This document shows positions 44,003-55,917 of a stretch of DNA of 64,000 nucleotides, piece after piece. The notes under the pieces are model-generated. The model was not told the DNA's origin, ran no database searches, and worked only from the letters and a program-made list of their open reading frames with translations. The stretch is taken from NCBI GenBank assembly GCA_038321985.1, contig JBBQFN010000014.1, forward strand, positions 1-64,000. Reading direction: 5' to 3'. A program made the translations under genes and the position numbers. Position 1 is the first letter of the stretch. Each line of letters starts with the position of its first letter. Origin of the DNA: Cyanophyceae cyanobacterium. GTDB lineage: Bacteria; Cyanobacteriota; Cyanobacteriia; Cyanobacteriales; Laspinemataceae.

Positions 44003-46852
44003 TCAGGTTTTCACTCCAATTAATTGAGCGATCGCATCTAAGAGTTGGCGTTCATTATAAGGTTTAGTAAAATATTGAACCGCCCCCAATTCTAGGGCTC
44101 GTTGTCGATGTTTAGCACCGCTGCGAGAGGTCAACATTGCCACCGGAATATTAGAAAAATGGGGATTTTCTTTGACTGCCGCAAGGAATTCAAACCCATC
44201 CATCCGGGGCATTTCAATATCTGCAATAATTAAAGCACACTTTAATCCGTGATGCAATTGTTCCAGAGCATCTTGACCATCTTTAGCCTGAGCAACACGA
44301 TACCGGGCTCGGGTTAAGGTTAAAGATAACATTTGACGAATTGTATAAGAGTCATCCATCACTAAAATTTGGGGTTGAGACGGGAGGGGGGGGAGCAGAG
44401 GTACCGGCGCACGAGTGCCTGGGGGGAGGAGGGGGTTACTCTGTCCTGGATTGTCACTGTGGATGACAACCGCTTTTTGTAAGTGAGGGTGGAGTTGTCC
44501 GATCAAATCATCCACATCGAGAATACTGACCACTTCTCCATCCCCGAGAATGGTGCAGCCGAGGATACCTGTTGGTTTTGATAACGGTTGGGGGAGGGGT
44601 TTGACGACAAGTTCTTGCTGTCCGACGAGGCGATCGACGACGATGGCGAGAATTCCTTCACTAGAGCTTAAAACGAGCACCGGCATATAGTCTTCCCCAA
44701 TAGGAATCGGTGAGGGTAGATCTTGTGTTGACTGGTGGTAAGCGAGTAAATTATTTAAGGGAACCAACCGAATATACTCATCGCGCCAGCGTAACATCGG
44801 TTGATGCATCGCCATTTGGATTTCACTGCCGTTAACGTGCAAAATTTCTTCCACGGCATCAAGGGGTAAGGCGAGGGTATGATGTTCGATGCGCACTAAT
44901 AACGCATCGGAAATCGAGAGCATTAAAGGGAGTTTAATGATAAAACTGCTACCCCGACCGATGCGAGAGTCTACTTTAACCGTGCCTCGCACTTGGCGCA
45001 GATTGCTGCGCACAATATCCAACCCAACCCCGCGTCCTGATAAATCAGTCACCTCACGAGTGGTACTGAATCCGGACCAAAATAGGAAGTCGTAGAGTTC
45101 GTTAATGGACAGTTCGAGTGCTTGTTCTGCCGAGACGAGATTTAATTCGACCAGACGTGAGCGGATTTTTTCCGGGTCGATGCCTTTGCCGTCATCGGAG
45201 ACCGTGACGATCGTTTGTCCCCCTTGATGCCGCGCTTGGATTTCAATTTGTCCGTTAGGGGGTTTGCCTGCGGCTTTCCGTTCTTCCGGGGTTTCGATCC
45301 CGTGATCGAAAGCATTTCGCACTAAATGTACCAAGGGGTCACGCAAGGCGTGTAACAAACTTTCATCGATTTTTGTATCCCGTCCGATGAGCAGGAGATT
45401 GACATCTTTATCATAAGTGCGGGACATATCCCGGATGGCGCGCGGCAGGTGATCCACGGCGCGGCTGAAACTGACGACGCGTAACTGCATCACTTGAGAA
45501 CGGAGGCGATCGCAAATTCGACGCAAGCGGTCGGTACTGCGGTCGAGATTGATGGCTACTTCGTCGATTTTAGCGCTAGAGTGAGCGATCGCCTGGGTCG
45601 TTTCAATGGTATCTCGGGCGGTATCATGAAACTCTGTATAATGATCCATTTCTAGGCTGTCGAAACCCTGGGGATGTGCCACTAATCTACTTCGAGTGCG
45701 CCGTTCTCCCGCGAGGCGATCGTATTCTTCCCGCAGTTGTACCCCAAATTGATTTAACTCGCGGATGTGCCGTCGCAGCCGCTTGACTTCCCCGCGCAGT
45801 TGGGTTTCCTGCACTTCTAAATGGGTGCGGTTAATCACCAATTCTCCTACAAGGTCCACGAGTTCCGTTAGGCGATCGAGTTCGACCCGGATTGTGGGTC
45901 TGACGGGGGGTTCGGCGGCGGCAGAAGCCGTGAGTATGGAGGAATTGGGGAGAGGAACACTCAGGTTGGCTTCTGGGGGAGGGAGTTCTGTCCCAGACGA
46001 TACCAGGGAAATCCCCAGATCCGGGGTGAGATTGGGAAGGTCCATCGGTTGCAGGACGATGGGTACTTCTTGTAAGACTTGTTCCCGGACAGTTTCCAAG
46101 TTTTGGGCGATCGCCCAGCCAATTTTTTGGAGGTTTTCTAAGGATAGATTGGGGGTGTCAATTGTCACCCGCAAACGCTCGGCAATTTCCCCCAATTCGG
46201 GGACATTTAACATTGCAGCTAAACCGGAAAGCTGATAGTAAATTTCGTTAAATGCACGGTAAGACTCCTCGGAATTCTCGGCGTGCATTTGAGAAAGTTC
46301 GGTTTCTAAGCGGTTGAAGATGGGCGGTAAATCTTGTTTGAAAATAGTCTGAATGACCCCGGCATTGGCGGGATTTTTTTGCATCCATTCCGCCGGTTTT
46401 TTCACTCCCCCCCATTCGGCTTCTAACTGTTTGTGGATGCGAGTGATCGCCTCCAAACCTTCCTGAAAATTGTCCGGGTCTTCTTGTTGATTTTCTTGGA
46501 CCAATTCGACGGATTGGGCTGTGAGTTTTTTTAACCAATCCACGGCTTCGAGAAGGTGAGTAATTGAATTGGAACTCACCGGAATATCTTCCGGGCGATC
46601 GCGCAGGATTGCAAAACAATCTTCTAGGGAGTGCGCGCCGGTAGACAGAGACTGAAAGCCAAACATTAACGCCGACCCCTTAATCGAGTGAGCCGCCCGA
46701 AACATTTCCTTAATGGTGCTTTTTCGCTCTGTTGCTGTCTCGATTTGTTCCATTTGTAACAACTGAGTTTCTAAGGCGTTTAAGAACTCGTCCGTTTCAG
46801 CAATAAACGCCCCTAGAAGCTCTTTAATATCGTTAAAGTCCATCAATGGCAT
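44003..46852 (-). CDS. cheA: Hybrid CheA (Hpt, pseudo-Hpt, HATPase, CheW, REC), cyanobacterial pilus-taxis type
   Basis: FRAAHSIKG, FDSLEMDHYTEFH, HLVRNAFDHG, SGRGVGLDIV, REC with LTSRSGAKH. Confidence 0.93.
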   Translation of the reverse strand: MPLMDFNDIKELLGAFIAETDEFLNALETQLLQMEQIETATERKSTIKEMFRAAHSIKGSALMFGFQSLSTGAHSLEDCFAILRDRPEDIPVSSNSITHLLEAVDWLKKLTAQSVELVQENQQEDPDNFQEGLEAITRIHKQLEAEWGGVKKPAEWMQKNPANAGVIQTIFKQDLPPIFNRLETELSQMHAENSEESYRAFNEIYYQLSGLAAMLNVPELGEIAERLRVTIDTPNLSLENLQKIGWAIAQNLETVREQVLQEVPIVLQPMDLPNLTPDLGISLVSSGTELPPPEANLSVPLPNSSILTASAAAEPPVRPTIRVELDRLTELVDLVGELVINRTHLEVQETQLRGEVKRLRRHIRELNQFGVQLREEYDRLAGERRTRSRLVAHPQGFDSLEMDHYTEFHDTARDTIETTQAIAHSSAKIDEVAINLDRSTDRLRRICDRLRSQVMQLRVVSFSRAVDHLPRAIRDMSRTYDKDVNLLLIGRDTKIDESLLHALRDPLVHLVRNAFDHGIETPEERKAAGKPPNGQIEIQARHQGGQTIVTVSDDGKGIDPEKIRSRLVELNLVSAEQALELSINELYDFLFWSGFSTTREVTDLSGRGVGLDIVRSNLRQVRGTVKVDSRIGRGSSFIIKLPLMLSISDALLVRIEHHTLALPLDAVEEILHVNGSEIQMAMHQPMLRWRDEYIRLVPLNNLLAYHQSTQDLPSPIPIGEDYMPVLVLSSSEGILAIVVDRLVGQQELVVKPLPQPLSKPTGILGCTILGDGEVVSILDVDDLIGQLHPHLQKAVVIHSDNPGQSNPLLPPGTRAPVPLLPPLPSQPQILVMDDSYTIRQMLSLTLTRARYRVAQAKDGQDALEQLHHGLKCALIIADIEMPRMDGFEFLAAVKENPHFSNIPVAMLTSRSGAKHRQRALELGAVQYFTKPYNERQLLDAIAQLIGVKT

Positions 46853-47204
46853 AATTATTCAAAATAGAAGTGTCAGGGACAAAATTAGAGGAAAACTTCG
46901 GAGAGTTCCGCTATTCCTAGGGGTATCATTAAATCGAACGGAGGGGTTTTATGGTGTACCGTTCCGGTCAAATAAGTAGATGCACATCCTTAAAGTTAAC
47001 GGGAGATCCGACCCCTTAGTTGGCTTTTGATGATGGGGCTGATGTAATAAAATTAGAACCCCCTCTGGTTCCCCTGCTTTAAGTTGGGGCTTAACATTTT
47101 TAAGCCGTGACTTTCATCCCGATATAAACCTTACTCTAGCTCAGTAAAGGTGAGGGGAGTGGAATTGCCTCCCCCTATGACTTTTTACCCTTAACGAAAC
47201 TTCC

Positions 47205-50200
47205 CTAACTGCGGAAATGAGAAACAGAATCTTGAAGCTGATTGACGGCGATCGCCAGTCCATCCAGAGAACGACGAACTTGCACGGATTTTTCTGCCGT
47301 TGTGGTAGAAATTCCGCTGACTTGTTGCATCACCGCAGAAATTTCCGTAGCATTTTTTGTTTGACTGGTAGCGGCCCGAGTAATATTTTGAACTAAGGCA
47401 TTCATTTGGCGACTCACTTCAATAATGGCAACTAAATGATGTTTAGCTTCAGCGGCTAATTTAGTTCCGGCTACCACCTCCTGAGTGCCTGCTTCCATTG
47501 CTTCCGTAACTCGGCCAATTTCACTGCGAATTTGTTCAACAATTTCGGAAATTTCCTCCGTTGCTGAACCGGAGCGATCGGCTAATTTACGGATCTCTTC
47601 GGCGACTACAGCAAACCCTAAACCCTGCTCTCCTGCTCTTGCTGCTTCAATGGTCGCATTCAAAGCTAACAAGTTAGTTTGAGCCGCAATTTGAGAAATC
47701 GAAGTCACAATTTTGCCAATTTGTTGAGAGCTTTCTCCCAGGCGCTTAATCATTTTCCCGGTTTGAGAAATGGTTTGCCGCAGTTCGTTAATCCCCTCCA
47801 CCGCTCGGTCTACCGATTGCCCCCCCACTTCTGCGGTTTCTGCCGCTTGATGGGCCACATTTTCGGCTTTTTGAGCCACGATACAAATATCTTGAATCGA
47901 GTGAGCCATGCGCTCGATTTGGCCCAAGGAAACCTCAACTTGTTGGGCTTGTTCTCCGGCCCGTTCCGTTAAATCTTGGGTATTTGCAATGGATTCTCGG
48001 GTCGCGGTTCGCACTTCTGTAGCCAGTTCTTGAATCCCGGTTACCACTTTTCTCAGGGAGGAAACCAGGAAGTTAAAGGAGTCAGCTAAGGCTCCAAGAA
48101 CGTTGTTATTGACTTCTGCACGAACCGTTAAATCCCCTTTGGCTGCTCCTTTAATTTCAGTCAATAGCTTGAGAACCTGTTGAGTTAGGGAATCGGCTTC
48201 TGCCTTGCGGTCTAAGGCCACTTTTTCTAACTCTTGGGCGACTTGTTGACGCTCAGTGATATCAAAGCGAATACCAATATATTTGACGACTTGGCCGTGA
48301 GGGTCAAATATAGGAGAAATGGTGGTATCTACCCAATAATATTCGCCATTTTTTCTCTGGTTTCTAAGTTCTCCTTTCCAAACTCGACCGGAGGTGATGG
48401 TTTTCCACATTTCCTCAAAGACCGATTTGGGATGATATCCCGAGTTAATCAAACGGTGGTTTTTGCCGACTAATTCAGCGCGAGAATATCCGGAGATTTG
48501 GCAGAATTTATCATTAACAAAGGTAATGTTTCCTTGAGGGTCAGTTTCGCTGACGATCGCCGCTTCATCTAAGGCATTTTGGCGAGTTTTGAACTCTTGC
48601 AACAGTTGCTCTTGTTCCACCGCCAGCAAGCGAAATTGTTCCTGGGTTTGTTTGATTGGGGTGATATCATGACCGATCGCATAAAGCACTTGCTGTTCTA
48701 GGGCACCCTTTGCACTCCAAGCTAGCCAGCGATAAGACCCATCTTTACAGCGATAGCGATTTTCAAAATAAATGGTCTCTTTTCCACTAGCAAGTTTTTC
48801 CGCTTCAGCAAGGCTGGCTTCATGATCTTCGGGATGAATTAAATCGATAAAAGGCTTTCCAATCAGTTCTGATTCGCTGTAACCGAGAATTTTTAGCCAA
48901 GCTGAATTAACCCGCCGAAATAAGCCATCAAACCCCACCACCAGGAATAGATCTAGGGAAATACTAAAGAAGCGATCGGAGGCTAATTCGGCTAATTTGT
49001 GTTCGGTAATATCGCTATAAACTCCTAACCATTCCCGAATGCTACCATCGCTGTTGTTCAGAATTGGTACCGCCCGAACGCTCATATATCGGTACTCACC
49101 ATCGTGACGGCGCAGACGGTGTTCAGCTTGATAAAGAACCCGATTTTGCACCGCATTGAACCAGGCTTTTGCAGTCTGTTCCCGTTCCTCGGCATGGACG
49201 GCATTAAGCCATCCTCGACCCTTAATCTGGTCGAATGTCTGTCCGGTGAAGGTATTCCAACTGGGTTGTTCCGTGACAAATTCTCCGTCTTCAGCGGTGT
49301 TCCAGATAATTTGAGAGGTGGCTTCAATCAGGGAACGGAAGCGACTTTCCGAAATTTGCAAGGCTTTTTCAGCTTGTTTGCGATCGCTGATGTCGATTCC
49401 CATTTCCAGAACCAGCAGTTTCCCATCGACATCGTTACAGGGGTAATCGTAAATTTGATAAGTGCGACCCGTGCTCAGGTCTTGCCATTCCCACTGCTGC
49501 GGCTGTTTGGTTTCAAAGACTTGGGTACGAACCGGGGAATGCAGTTTACCCCCTGGGTTCAACAGGGTAGCAGCAGCAACCGGGTCACCAAAGAACTCGG
49601 TAAAATGGCGGTTTGCTAGCTGCACGGTATGGCTGCGATCCACTAGGTAGAGGAAAGCGGGAATTCCCTCAAACAGGGTGGTCAGTCGCTGGTGTTCTGC
49701 TTCTAAAGCCTTTTCAATCGCTTTGCGATCGCTGATATCTCGCACTAAAGCCAGGAGTAAGGTTTCCCCCTGGGAAGAAAATTTGCCCAGGCGGATTTCT
49801 ACGGGGAAGGTACTGCCATTAGCCCGACGGTATAGACTTTCTAAAGTAAGGGCTTCACTGGGCTTTAATTGGGCCACGGCTGCGGTGCGATCGGCAGTGC
49901 GGACCGAGGTTTCGATCGCCTCTAAATTCAAGCCTAACAGTTGATTTTCACTGTATCCTAAGCTCTCGCACGCCTGTTGATTGACGGCTAATATTCTACC
50001 GTCTAATGTAGTTAAAAAGAAGGCATCCGCAGCATTTTCAATCAACTGTCGGAACCGTTCTTCACTTTCGGCGAGTGCTTCTTCTTGTTGTTTGCGATGG
50101 CTAATATCCCGAATAATTGTAGAAATGCATTCAATTTCACCATTTTCATTTTTCTGTGCGATCAGGACTTGGGAGGCGGGAATTAATTCCCCATTCCGGG

Positions 50201-50888
50201 GTTTTAGCCGGATTTCTCCACTCCACACTCCCTCGGAGATGGTCGTGGCAAGCGCCTGTTTTAATGCCTGCTGATCCGGTCCCTCCCGTACAAAATCAAA
50301 AGCTGTGAAATTAGAGACGGGTTCATCTTCTGAAATCCCCGTCATCTTGCGCGAGGCGGGATTCAAATAGATTACTAAACCCTGGCTATCACAGATGCCT
50401 ACAAAATCCGGCGTATTCTCGATAATTTTCGCCAATCGTTTCAAAGAATCTTCTGCTTGCTTCCGTTCCTTGATTTCCCATTGGAGGGCTTGATTGGTGG
50501 CTTCTAATTGCACTTTAGCGCTGGGTAAAGCCAGGGCTGCGGGCAGGATCGGGATTATTTTTAAGGCCGTTAACAGCGAGATAGCAGCACTCAAGGCTTT
50601 AATGCTACTAGATACCCAATAGTCTGGATGCCAAAGGGTCCAGACTTCCATCCCATGAGTAAATCCGGCGGTAATAATAAAGGCCGCAAATAACAAAAAA
50701 ATGCCGCTAAAGGGCAAATCTTGACGTTGACGGATGAAATAAATCAACATCCCCACAATCGAAAAATAGGCCAGGGCGATCGCCAAGTCTGACCCGAAGT
50801 TAAGCCACATTAAAACCGGATTTCCCAGGTAGCAATGGCCGTGAGGAATAAAATTTTCGCTCAGAACGATAAGTAAAGGATCTAGCAT
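47205..50888 (-). CDS. Methyl-accepting chemotaxis protein with ETR1-like membrane domain and multiple PAS domains
   Basis: [34 protein letters not shown]-terminus, about 6 PAS/PAC units, [19 protein letters not shown]-like segment, [23 protein letters not shown]. Confidence 0.92.
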   Translation of the reverse strand: MLDPLLIVLSENFIPHGHCYLGNPVLMWLNFGSDLAIALAYFSIVGMLIYFIRQRQDLPFSGIFLLFAAFIITAGFTHGMEVWTLWHPDYWVSSSIKALSAAISLLTALKIIPILPAALALPSAKVQLEATNQALQWEIKERKQAEDSLKRLAKIIENTPDFVGICDSQGLVIYLNPASRKMTGISEDEPVSNFTAFDFVREGPDQQALKQALATTISEGVWSGEIRLKPRNGELIPASQVLIAQKNENGEIECISTIIRDISHRKQQEEALAESEERFRQLIENAADAFFLTTLDGRILAVNQQACESLGYSENQLLGLNLEAIETSVRTADRTAAVAQLKPSEALTLESLYRRANGSTFPVEIRLGKFSSQGETLLLALVRDISDRKAIEKALEAEHQRLTTLFEGIPAFLYLVDRSHTVQLANRHFTEFFGDPVAAATLLNPGGKLHSPVRTQVFETKQPQQWEWQDLSTGRTYQIYDYPCNDVDGKLLVLEMGIDISDRKQAEKALQISESRFRSLIEATSQIIWNTAEDGEFVTEQPSWNTFTGQTFDQIKGRGWLNAVHAEEREQTAKAWFNAVQNRVLYQAEHRLRRHDGEYRYMSVRAVPILNNSDGSIREWLGVYSDITEHKLAELASDRFFSISLDLFLVVGFDGLFRRVNSAWLKILGYSESELIGKPFIDLIHPEDHEASLAEAEKLASGKETIYFENRYRCKDGSYRWLAWSAKGALEQQVLYAIGHDITPIKQTQEQFRLLAVEQEQLLQEFKTRQNALDEAAIVSETDPQGNITFVNDKFCQISGYSRAELVGKNHRLINSGYHPKSVFEEMWKTITSGRVWKGELRNQRKNGEYYWVDTTISPIFDPHGQVVKYIGIRFDITERQQVAQELEKVALDRKAEADSLTQQVLKLLTEIKGAAKGDLTVRAEVNNNVLGALADSFNFLVSSLRKVVTGIQELATEVRTATRESIANTQDLTERAGEQAQQVEVSLGQIERMAHSIQDICIVAQKAENVAHQAAETAEVGGQSVDRAVEGINELRQTISQTGKMIKRLGESSQQIGKIVTSISQIAAQTNLLALNATIEAARAGEQGLGFAVVAEEIRKLADRSGSATEEISEIVEQIRSEIGRVTEAMEAGTQEVVAGTKLAAEAKHHLVAIIEVSRQMNALVQNITRAATSQTKNATEISAVMQQVSGISTTTAEKSVQVRRSLDGLAIAVNQLQDSVSHFRS

Positions 50889-51030
50889 ACAGGGTGAGTT
50901 AATCCGAAAGGACTTTTAGGGAGTCAGAATGAGAGAGAACTATTTCATTAATGACCCTAGAGAATATAGAGACCCGGTAGAGTCACCGCCAAGTTTAATC
51001 CTCCCCAGTTGAGTTTTGGCCTCGGATCCG

Positions 51031-54000
51031 CTAACTTCGGAAATGGGCCACTGATTGCTGAAGACTATCCACTGAAATCGCCAATCCATCTAAAGAATTC
51101 TTAACTTCTACGGATTTTTCTGTAGTATTTCCAGAAATGGCGCTCACGGCCCGAATAACACTCACAATCTCCGTAGCACTATTCGTCTGCTTCGTTGCTG
51201 CGAGGGTAATATTTTGGACTAAGGCATTCATTTCCCCACTGACTTGGATGATTTCAATCAAATGAGTTTTCGCTTCTGCGGCCAGCTTGGTCCCGATCGC
51301 CACTTCCTGAGTGCCTGCCTCCATCGCTTCAATTGCCCGTCCAATTTCACTCCTGATCTGTTCGACAATTTCCGAAATTTCCTCCGTTGCCAATCCCGAG
51401 CGATCGGCTAACTTACGGATTTCTTCAGCGACAACAGCAAAACCTAGCCCCTGTTCTCCGGCTCTGGCCGCTTCAATCGTAGCATTAAGTGCCAACAAAT
51501 TGGTCTGGGCAGCAATTTGCGAAATTGAAGTCACAATCTTACCAATTTGTTGAGAACTGTCTCCTAAGCGTTTAATGGTTTTCCCGGTTTGGGAAAGGGT
51601 TTGCCGCAGCTCGTTAATGGCATCCCCAGCTCGATCCACTGATTGCCCTCCTATTTTAGCTTTTTCAGCGGCTTTTTGCGCCACTTTTTCCGCTTGTTGA
51701 GACACGGCAAAAACTTCTTCAATTGAGTTAACAATTTTCTGGATTTTATGAATTGTCTCTTCAATTTTTTGAGCTTGCTCTTGGGCTTGTCGCCCCAACT
51801 CCTGGGTGTTAGAAATTGATTCTCCCGTGGCAATATTAGCTTCGGTTGCCAAATGTTGAATTCCCTTAACCACTTTCCGCAAGGAAGAAATCAAAAAGTT
51901 AAACGAGTCCGCTAAGGTCCCGAGAATATCGGTGGACACCTCCGCCCGAACGGTTAAATCCCCCTTAGCTGCGCCTTTAATTTCTCCCAAAAGTTTGAGG
52001 ACCTGTTGAGTTAAAGAATCCATCTCCGCTTGACGTTGAGCCGACATGATTTCCAAGGAGGCGATTAACTGACTTTTTTCGGTTTCAGCTTCGAGGCGAT
52101 CGCGGACTTCTTGTTGGAGTTGAGCATTACTTCTCTGCAACTCCTGGGTTCGTTCTTCAACTCGATTTTCTAATTCCACTGCTAACTGTTTTAAGGCCCC
52201 TTGATTCTGCCGTTGTTCGGTTACATCTCGGGTAATTTTAGAGAAGCCTTGCAACTGTCCTTTTGAGTCCCACAACGGCGTAATAATCACATTGGCCCAG
52301 AACTTACTACCATCTTTTTTGACCCGATATCCTTCGTCTTCAAACCGTCCTATATTTTGGGCAATGGTTAGTTCTGCCTCGGGTTTTCCACTAAATCGCT
52401 CTTCTCGGGTATAAAACCGCTGAAAAGATTGTCCCATGATTTCTTGAGAGTGATATCCTTTAATTCGTTGAGCGCCCTCATTCCAACTCACAACTCGCCC
52501 CTCTACATCCAGCCGAATAATTGCATAATCCTTGATACTTTCAACGAGGGACCGAAATCCTTCTTCACTTTCTCGGAGAGCTTCTTCGGCTTTTTTGCGT
52601 TCGGTAATATCTATCCCGGAAGCAATATATCCGAAAAAATTTCCCTCCGTATCAAAGCGAGGTAACCCACTCATCCAATTCCAACAATACACCCCGTCCC
52701 ATCGTTGTAGTCGTACTTCTAATTGGAAGGGTTGTCGCTCATCAAAAGCATTTTGATAAGCATTAACACAACGGTCTCGGTCGTCGGGATGCAATACAGC
52801 CATCCATCCATAACCGAGGTCTTTTTCAATGGGTCGTCCGGTAAATTCCCCCCACCGTTTGTTAAAATAAGTTAATTGTTTGTCAGAGCCAGCAATCCAA
52901 ATAATGGCGGGAACGGTATCTGCCATAACGCGAAATTTTTGTTCGCTTTCTTGTAAGGCGCGTTCGGCTTGTTTCCGCTCGCTAATATCAAGAACAATCG
53001 CCACACAGGAAAGTTTATGAGTCTGCGCAGCGAGTTGAAGATATATCTCAGTTGGATAGAAACTTCCATCAGCTCGGCGATGCATTCCTTCAAACCGAAT
53101 GCTCTGTTGGTGGCCCTCTAATAAGGGAGCCAAAATAGTTCTAACGTCCTCCAAATTCGCTACCGCTGGATTAATATCCATTGCTGTTTTTTCGAGGATT
53201 TCTTCCTGAGAATACCCCAAATTAAGACAGGCCCCTTTATTAACATACTCGAAGCCCAGGGTATCCACATTCAAAATATAAATCTCATTAAGACTAGACT
53301 CCACTAGATTAAACAACCGCATTCTTTCTTGTTCGGTTTGGATGCGATCGGTAATCACTTCCGTCATGATAATAATTCCTTCGATTTCTCCGGTGCGATC
53401 GCCCCAGGGATAAATTTCCCATTTCACCCAGTCGATGCGGCCATCGGTCTGGGGAAAGGGTTCAGCTTCACAGTTTAGATGTTCTCCAGCCAAGGCCCGC
53501 TGGTAAAGTTGTTTCCATCGGTCGGCAATTTCTGGAAACAACTCGTAGTGCGATCGCCCTACAATATCTCTAATATTACGGATATCTTTTCTGTTCTCAA
53601 GTTTATAATCCCTTATCCACTGTTGTGACGTCAGGACATAGCACATTTCGCGATCAAGCATGGCAACCGCTGCCGGTAGATTTTCTACAAATAATTTTAG
53701 TTTTTCCTCACTTTTGCGGAGTTCATTTTCGAGGGTGAGGCGACTGGTAATATCTCGCACACTTACCCAAATCACCTCTTGATTGTCCACTAAGGTAATT
53801 TTTTTGGCTAATATTTCTACCTCAAATACGCTGCCCTCTTTCGGTTTTCGGGCGGTCCATCTCAACCTTTTTTCGGTACTGAGGGACTTTTCAAACCCAG
53901 GGATCGAAGCCTCAAAATTGGATAAATTTTTAAAAAAGTTTTTCCCCCGGAGTTGGGCGGGGTCCATGCCATATAATTGACTGGCTTTCTGATTCGCATC

Positions 54001-54807
54001 TAGGATTTTTCCGCTCCTGTCTTGAATCAAAATTGCCTCATCTATTTGATTGAATACCCCTGTAAAATCGGTGGCGATCGCCTCAGCATATCCCCGAATT
54101 TCTTGGTAGGTTGAAACCATTCCCACCTGATTTCCTTGGGGCGTTTTAACTGGGAATTTATGGATTTTCCAAAGCAATTCGGGAGAATCGCTATTTTCAC
54201 GATCCGGGGATTGGACCAAAAGGGTTTGGGAATCCTCGGTGACGACTGCCCCTGAGTGGATTTGCTGCGAGGATTCTTTACCCGGCCCAGAGAGTCCCGC
54301 GTCAGTTTTGCCCCTGACTTGTACCCGTGATGTCATCCCCACTTGTTCCGCAAAGCGCTGGTTGCCCCCGAGGTAAAGCCCCTGATCGTCTTGCCACGAG
54401 ACCGCAAAGGGTAGGCGATCGAGGGCAAGCTGCATGAATGAACCGGAAGGAAACATTCCACTCCCGAGAGTTTCGCTGAGGCTGTTACGGTAAGTGAGAA
54501 GAGCAATTGTAACAGCGATCGCGCTGACCCCTTCCAGACAGTAGCCCAGAATTTCCCATCCTGATAAGGAGACGGCGTGGGTAGAGAAAACCTGGAAGCA
54601 GCGATTGCCCGTTACGATCGCCATCCAAAAGCAAACTATCCATAAAAAACGACAATGCAGCCGAGAGAGGCTCAGATGAAGTAAGATTAAAGTCATCCCC
54701 AAATAAGACAGGGCAATGGCTAATTCGGCTATGCCTTGTATCCCCACCCCATTAGGATTAATCCCGAGGGCTAGATACAGTTGAGAAACCATCCCGTTAA
54801 TTCGCAT
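51031..54807 (-). CDS. Methyl-accepting chemotaxis protein with N-terminal TM region and multiple PAS domains
   Basis: About 3 TM helices, about 6 PAS units, and a signalling domain closely similar to that of the neighbouring MCP. Confidence 0.92.
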   Translation of the reverse strand: MRINGMVSQLYLALGINPNGVGIQGIAELAIALSYLGMTLILLHLSLSRLHCRFLWIVCFWMAIVTGNRCFQVFSTHAVSLSGWEILGYCLEGVSAIAVTIALLTYRNSLSETLGSGMFPSGSFMQLALDRLPFAVSWQDDQGLYLGGNQRFAEQVGMTSRVQVRGKTDAGLSGPGKESSQQIHSGAVVTEDSQTLLVQSPDRENSDSPELLWKIHKFPVKTPQGNQVGMVSTYQEIRGYAEAIATDFTGVFNQIDEAILIQDRSGKILDANQKASQLYGMDPAQLRGKNFFKNLSNFEASIPGFEKSLSTEKRLRWTARKPKEGSVFEVEILAKKITLVDNQEVIWVSVRDITSRLTLENELRKSEEKLKLFVENLPAAVAMLDREMCYVLTSQQWIRDYKLENRKDIRNIRDIVGRSHYELFPEIADRWKQLYQRALAGEHLNCEAEPFPQTDGRIDWVKWEIYPWGDRTGEIEGIIIMTEVITDRIQTEQERMRLFNLVESSLNEIYILNVDTLGFEYVNKGACLNLGYSQEEILEKTAMDINPAVANLEDVRTILAPLLEGHQQSIRFEGMHRRADGSFYPTEIYLQLAAQTHKLSCVAIVLDISERKQAERALQESEQKFRVMADTVPAIIWIAGSDKQLTYFNKRWGEFTGRPIEKDLGYGWMAVLHPDDRDRCVNAYQNAFDERQPFQLEVRLQRWDGVYCWNWMSGLPRFDTEGNFFGYIASGIDITERKKAEEALRESEEGFRSLVESIKDYAIIRLDVEGRVVSWNEGAQRIKGYHSQEIMGQSFQRFYTREERFSGKPEAELTIAQNIGRFEDEGYRVKKDGSKFWANVIITPLWDSKGQLQGFSKITRDVTEQRQNQGALKQLAVELENRVEERTQELQRSNAQLQQEVRDRLEAETEKSQLIASLEIMSAQRQAEMDSLTQQVLKLLGEIKGAAKGDLTVRAEVSTDILGTLADSFNFLISSLRKVVKGIQHLATEANIATGESISNTQELGRQAQEQAQKIEETIHKIQKIVNSIEEVFAVSQQAEKVAQKAAEKAKIGGQSVDRAGDAINELRQTLSQTGKTIKRLGDSSQQIGKIVTSISQIAAQTNLLALNATIEAARAGEQGLGFAVVAEEIRKLADRSGLATEEISEIVEQIRSEIGRAIEAMEAGTQEVAIGTKLAAEAKTHLIEIIQVSGEMNALVQNITLAATKQTNSATEIVSVIRAVSAISGNTTEKSVEVKNSLDGLAISVDSLQQSVAHFRS

Positions 54808-54852
54808 AATTTATTCAAAAGATAAAGAAAAAATTTCAAATTTTTAGGCCCT

Positions 54853-55374
54853 TTACCAGCCTTCTGATTGGGCGATCGCCTCCACATCCAAAATCATTAC
54901 TAACCGCCCCGTCCAATCATATAATCCCCTTAAAAAAGGAGCGATTTCTTCTCCCACATCCATACTGGAAACCATGCGATCGAGATTAACAGCAATGACC
55001 CCTTGCACGTGAGATACAGCCAGTCCCATTCGCATCATCGCGGAGGTTCCGTCTCTAGGATCTGAGGCTTCTAAAATTAAAATTCGACTCTGTACCGAAT
55101 GACTATCTACCGCCTCAGTCCGCAAAAATAGACCGAAATCCGCCACCGCTAAAATTTCACCCCTCAAATTGGTTAATCCTAAAACAAAATGACGGGTATT
55201 CGGCACCGATGCGATCGGTTGCTGCCCCAAAAATAGCACCTCCCGTACCGATAGCAAATCCACAGCAAAGAGGCTCTCTTTTTGACCAAATAAGAGGAAT
55301 TGCTTCAGGGTCCCGGGATTTGTGGACCCGGGCAACTCACTCATCCCCGAACTGAGCGTTAGTTTTTCAGCCAT
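54853..55374 (-). CDS. cheW: CheW protein
   Basis: FAVDLLSVREV, VPNT..FVLGLTNLRGEILAVAD, MILDVEAI. Confidence 0.9.
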   Translation of the reverse strand: MAEKLTLSSGMSELPGSTNPGTLKQFLLFGQKESLFAVDLLSVREVLFLGQQPIASVPNTRHFVLGLTNLRGEILAVADFGLFLRTEAVDSHSVQSRILILEASDPRDGTSAMMRMGLAVSHVQGVIAVNLDRMVSSMDVGEEIAPFLRGLYDWTGRLVMILDVEAIAQSEGW

Positions 55375-55557
55375 ACCATCTTAATTTTCCTGGAAAAAAG
55401 CTGTTAGCTCCTTGAATGGGCCAAGTCTAATTCATGAAATAGCCGTTAGAATAAAGTAGGCAATAATTACCTTGATTGACTTTTGGATTCTTTAATATCA
55501 CCTTTCTAAGGGTCATGGGTTCCGAAAAAGGTATCGTTTAATTGTTTGTTGTAACCG

Positions 55558-55917
55558 TTACAATAACCGTTCTACAATATTGAGTAATTGTTGAGGATCG
55601 ACCGGTTTAGTGAGATAGGCATCGGCTCCCAAATCCATGCCCCAAGTCTTATCAATTTCGGTATTTTTCTGACTGCAAAACACCACAGGTAACTTCGACG
55701 TCCGGCGATCGCCCCGCAACTCTCGAATCACCTCAAATCCATTCATCCGGGGCATCACCACATCTAGAATGACCAGATCCGGTGCCGACTCCTGAATGCA
55801 GGCGATCGCCTCCTCCCCATTCGTTGCTACCACCACCTCCATTCCGGCCTTTTTTAAAATCCGGCCAATCATTTCCCGTTCGCTAAGCACATCATCCACG
55901 ACTAAGATTTTGCTCAT
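55558..55917 (-). CDS. CheY/PilH-like single-domain response regulator
   Basis: ILVVDD, ILDVVMPRMNG, CSQK, DKTWG, YLTKP. Confidence 0.92.
   Translation of the reverse strand: MSKILVVDDVLSEREMIGRILKKAGMEVVVATNGEEAIACIQESAPDLVILDVVMPRMNGFEVIRELRGDRRTSKLPVVFCSQKNTEIDKTWGMDLGADAYLTKPVDPQQLLNIVERLL

Noticed and set aside
48250..48580. LOV blue-light domain in the MCP
   Set aside because: It has GKNHRLIN instead of GRNCRFLQ, so the photoactive Cys is absent.
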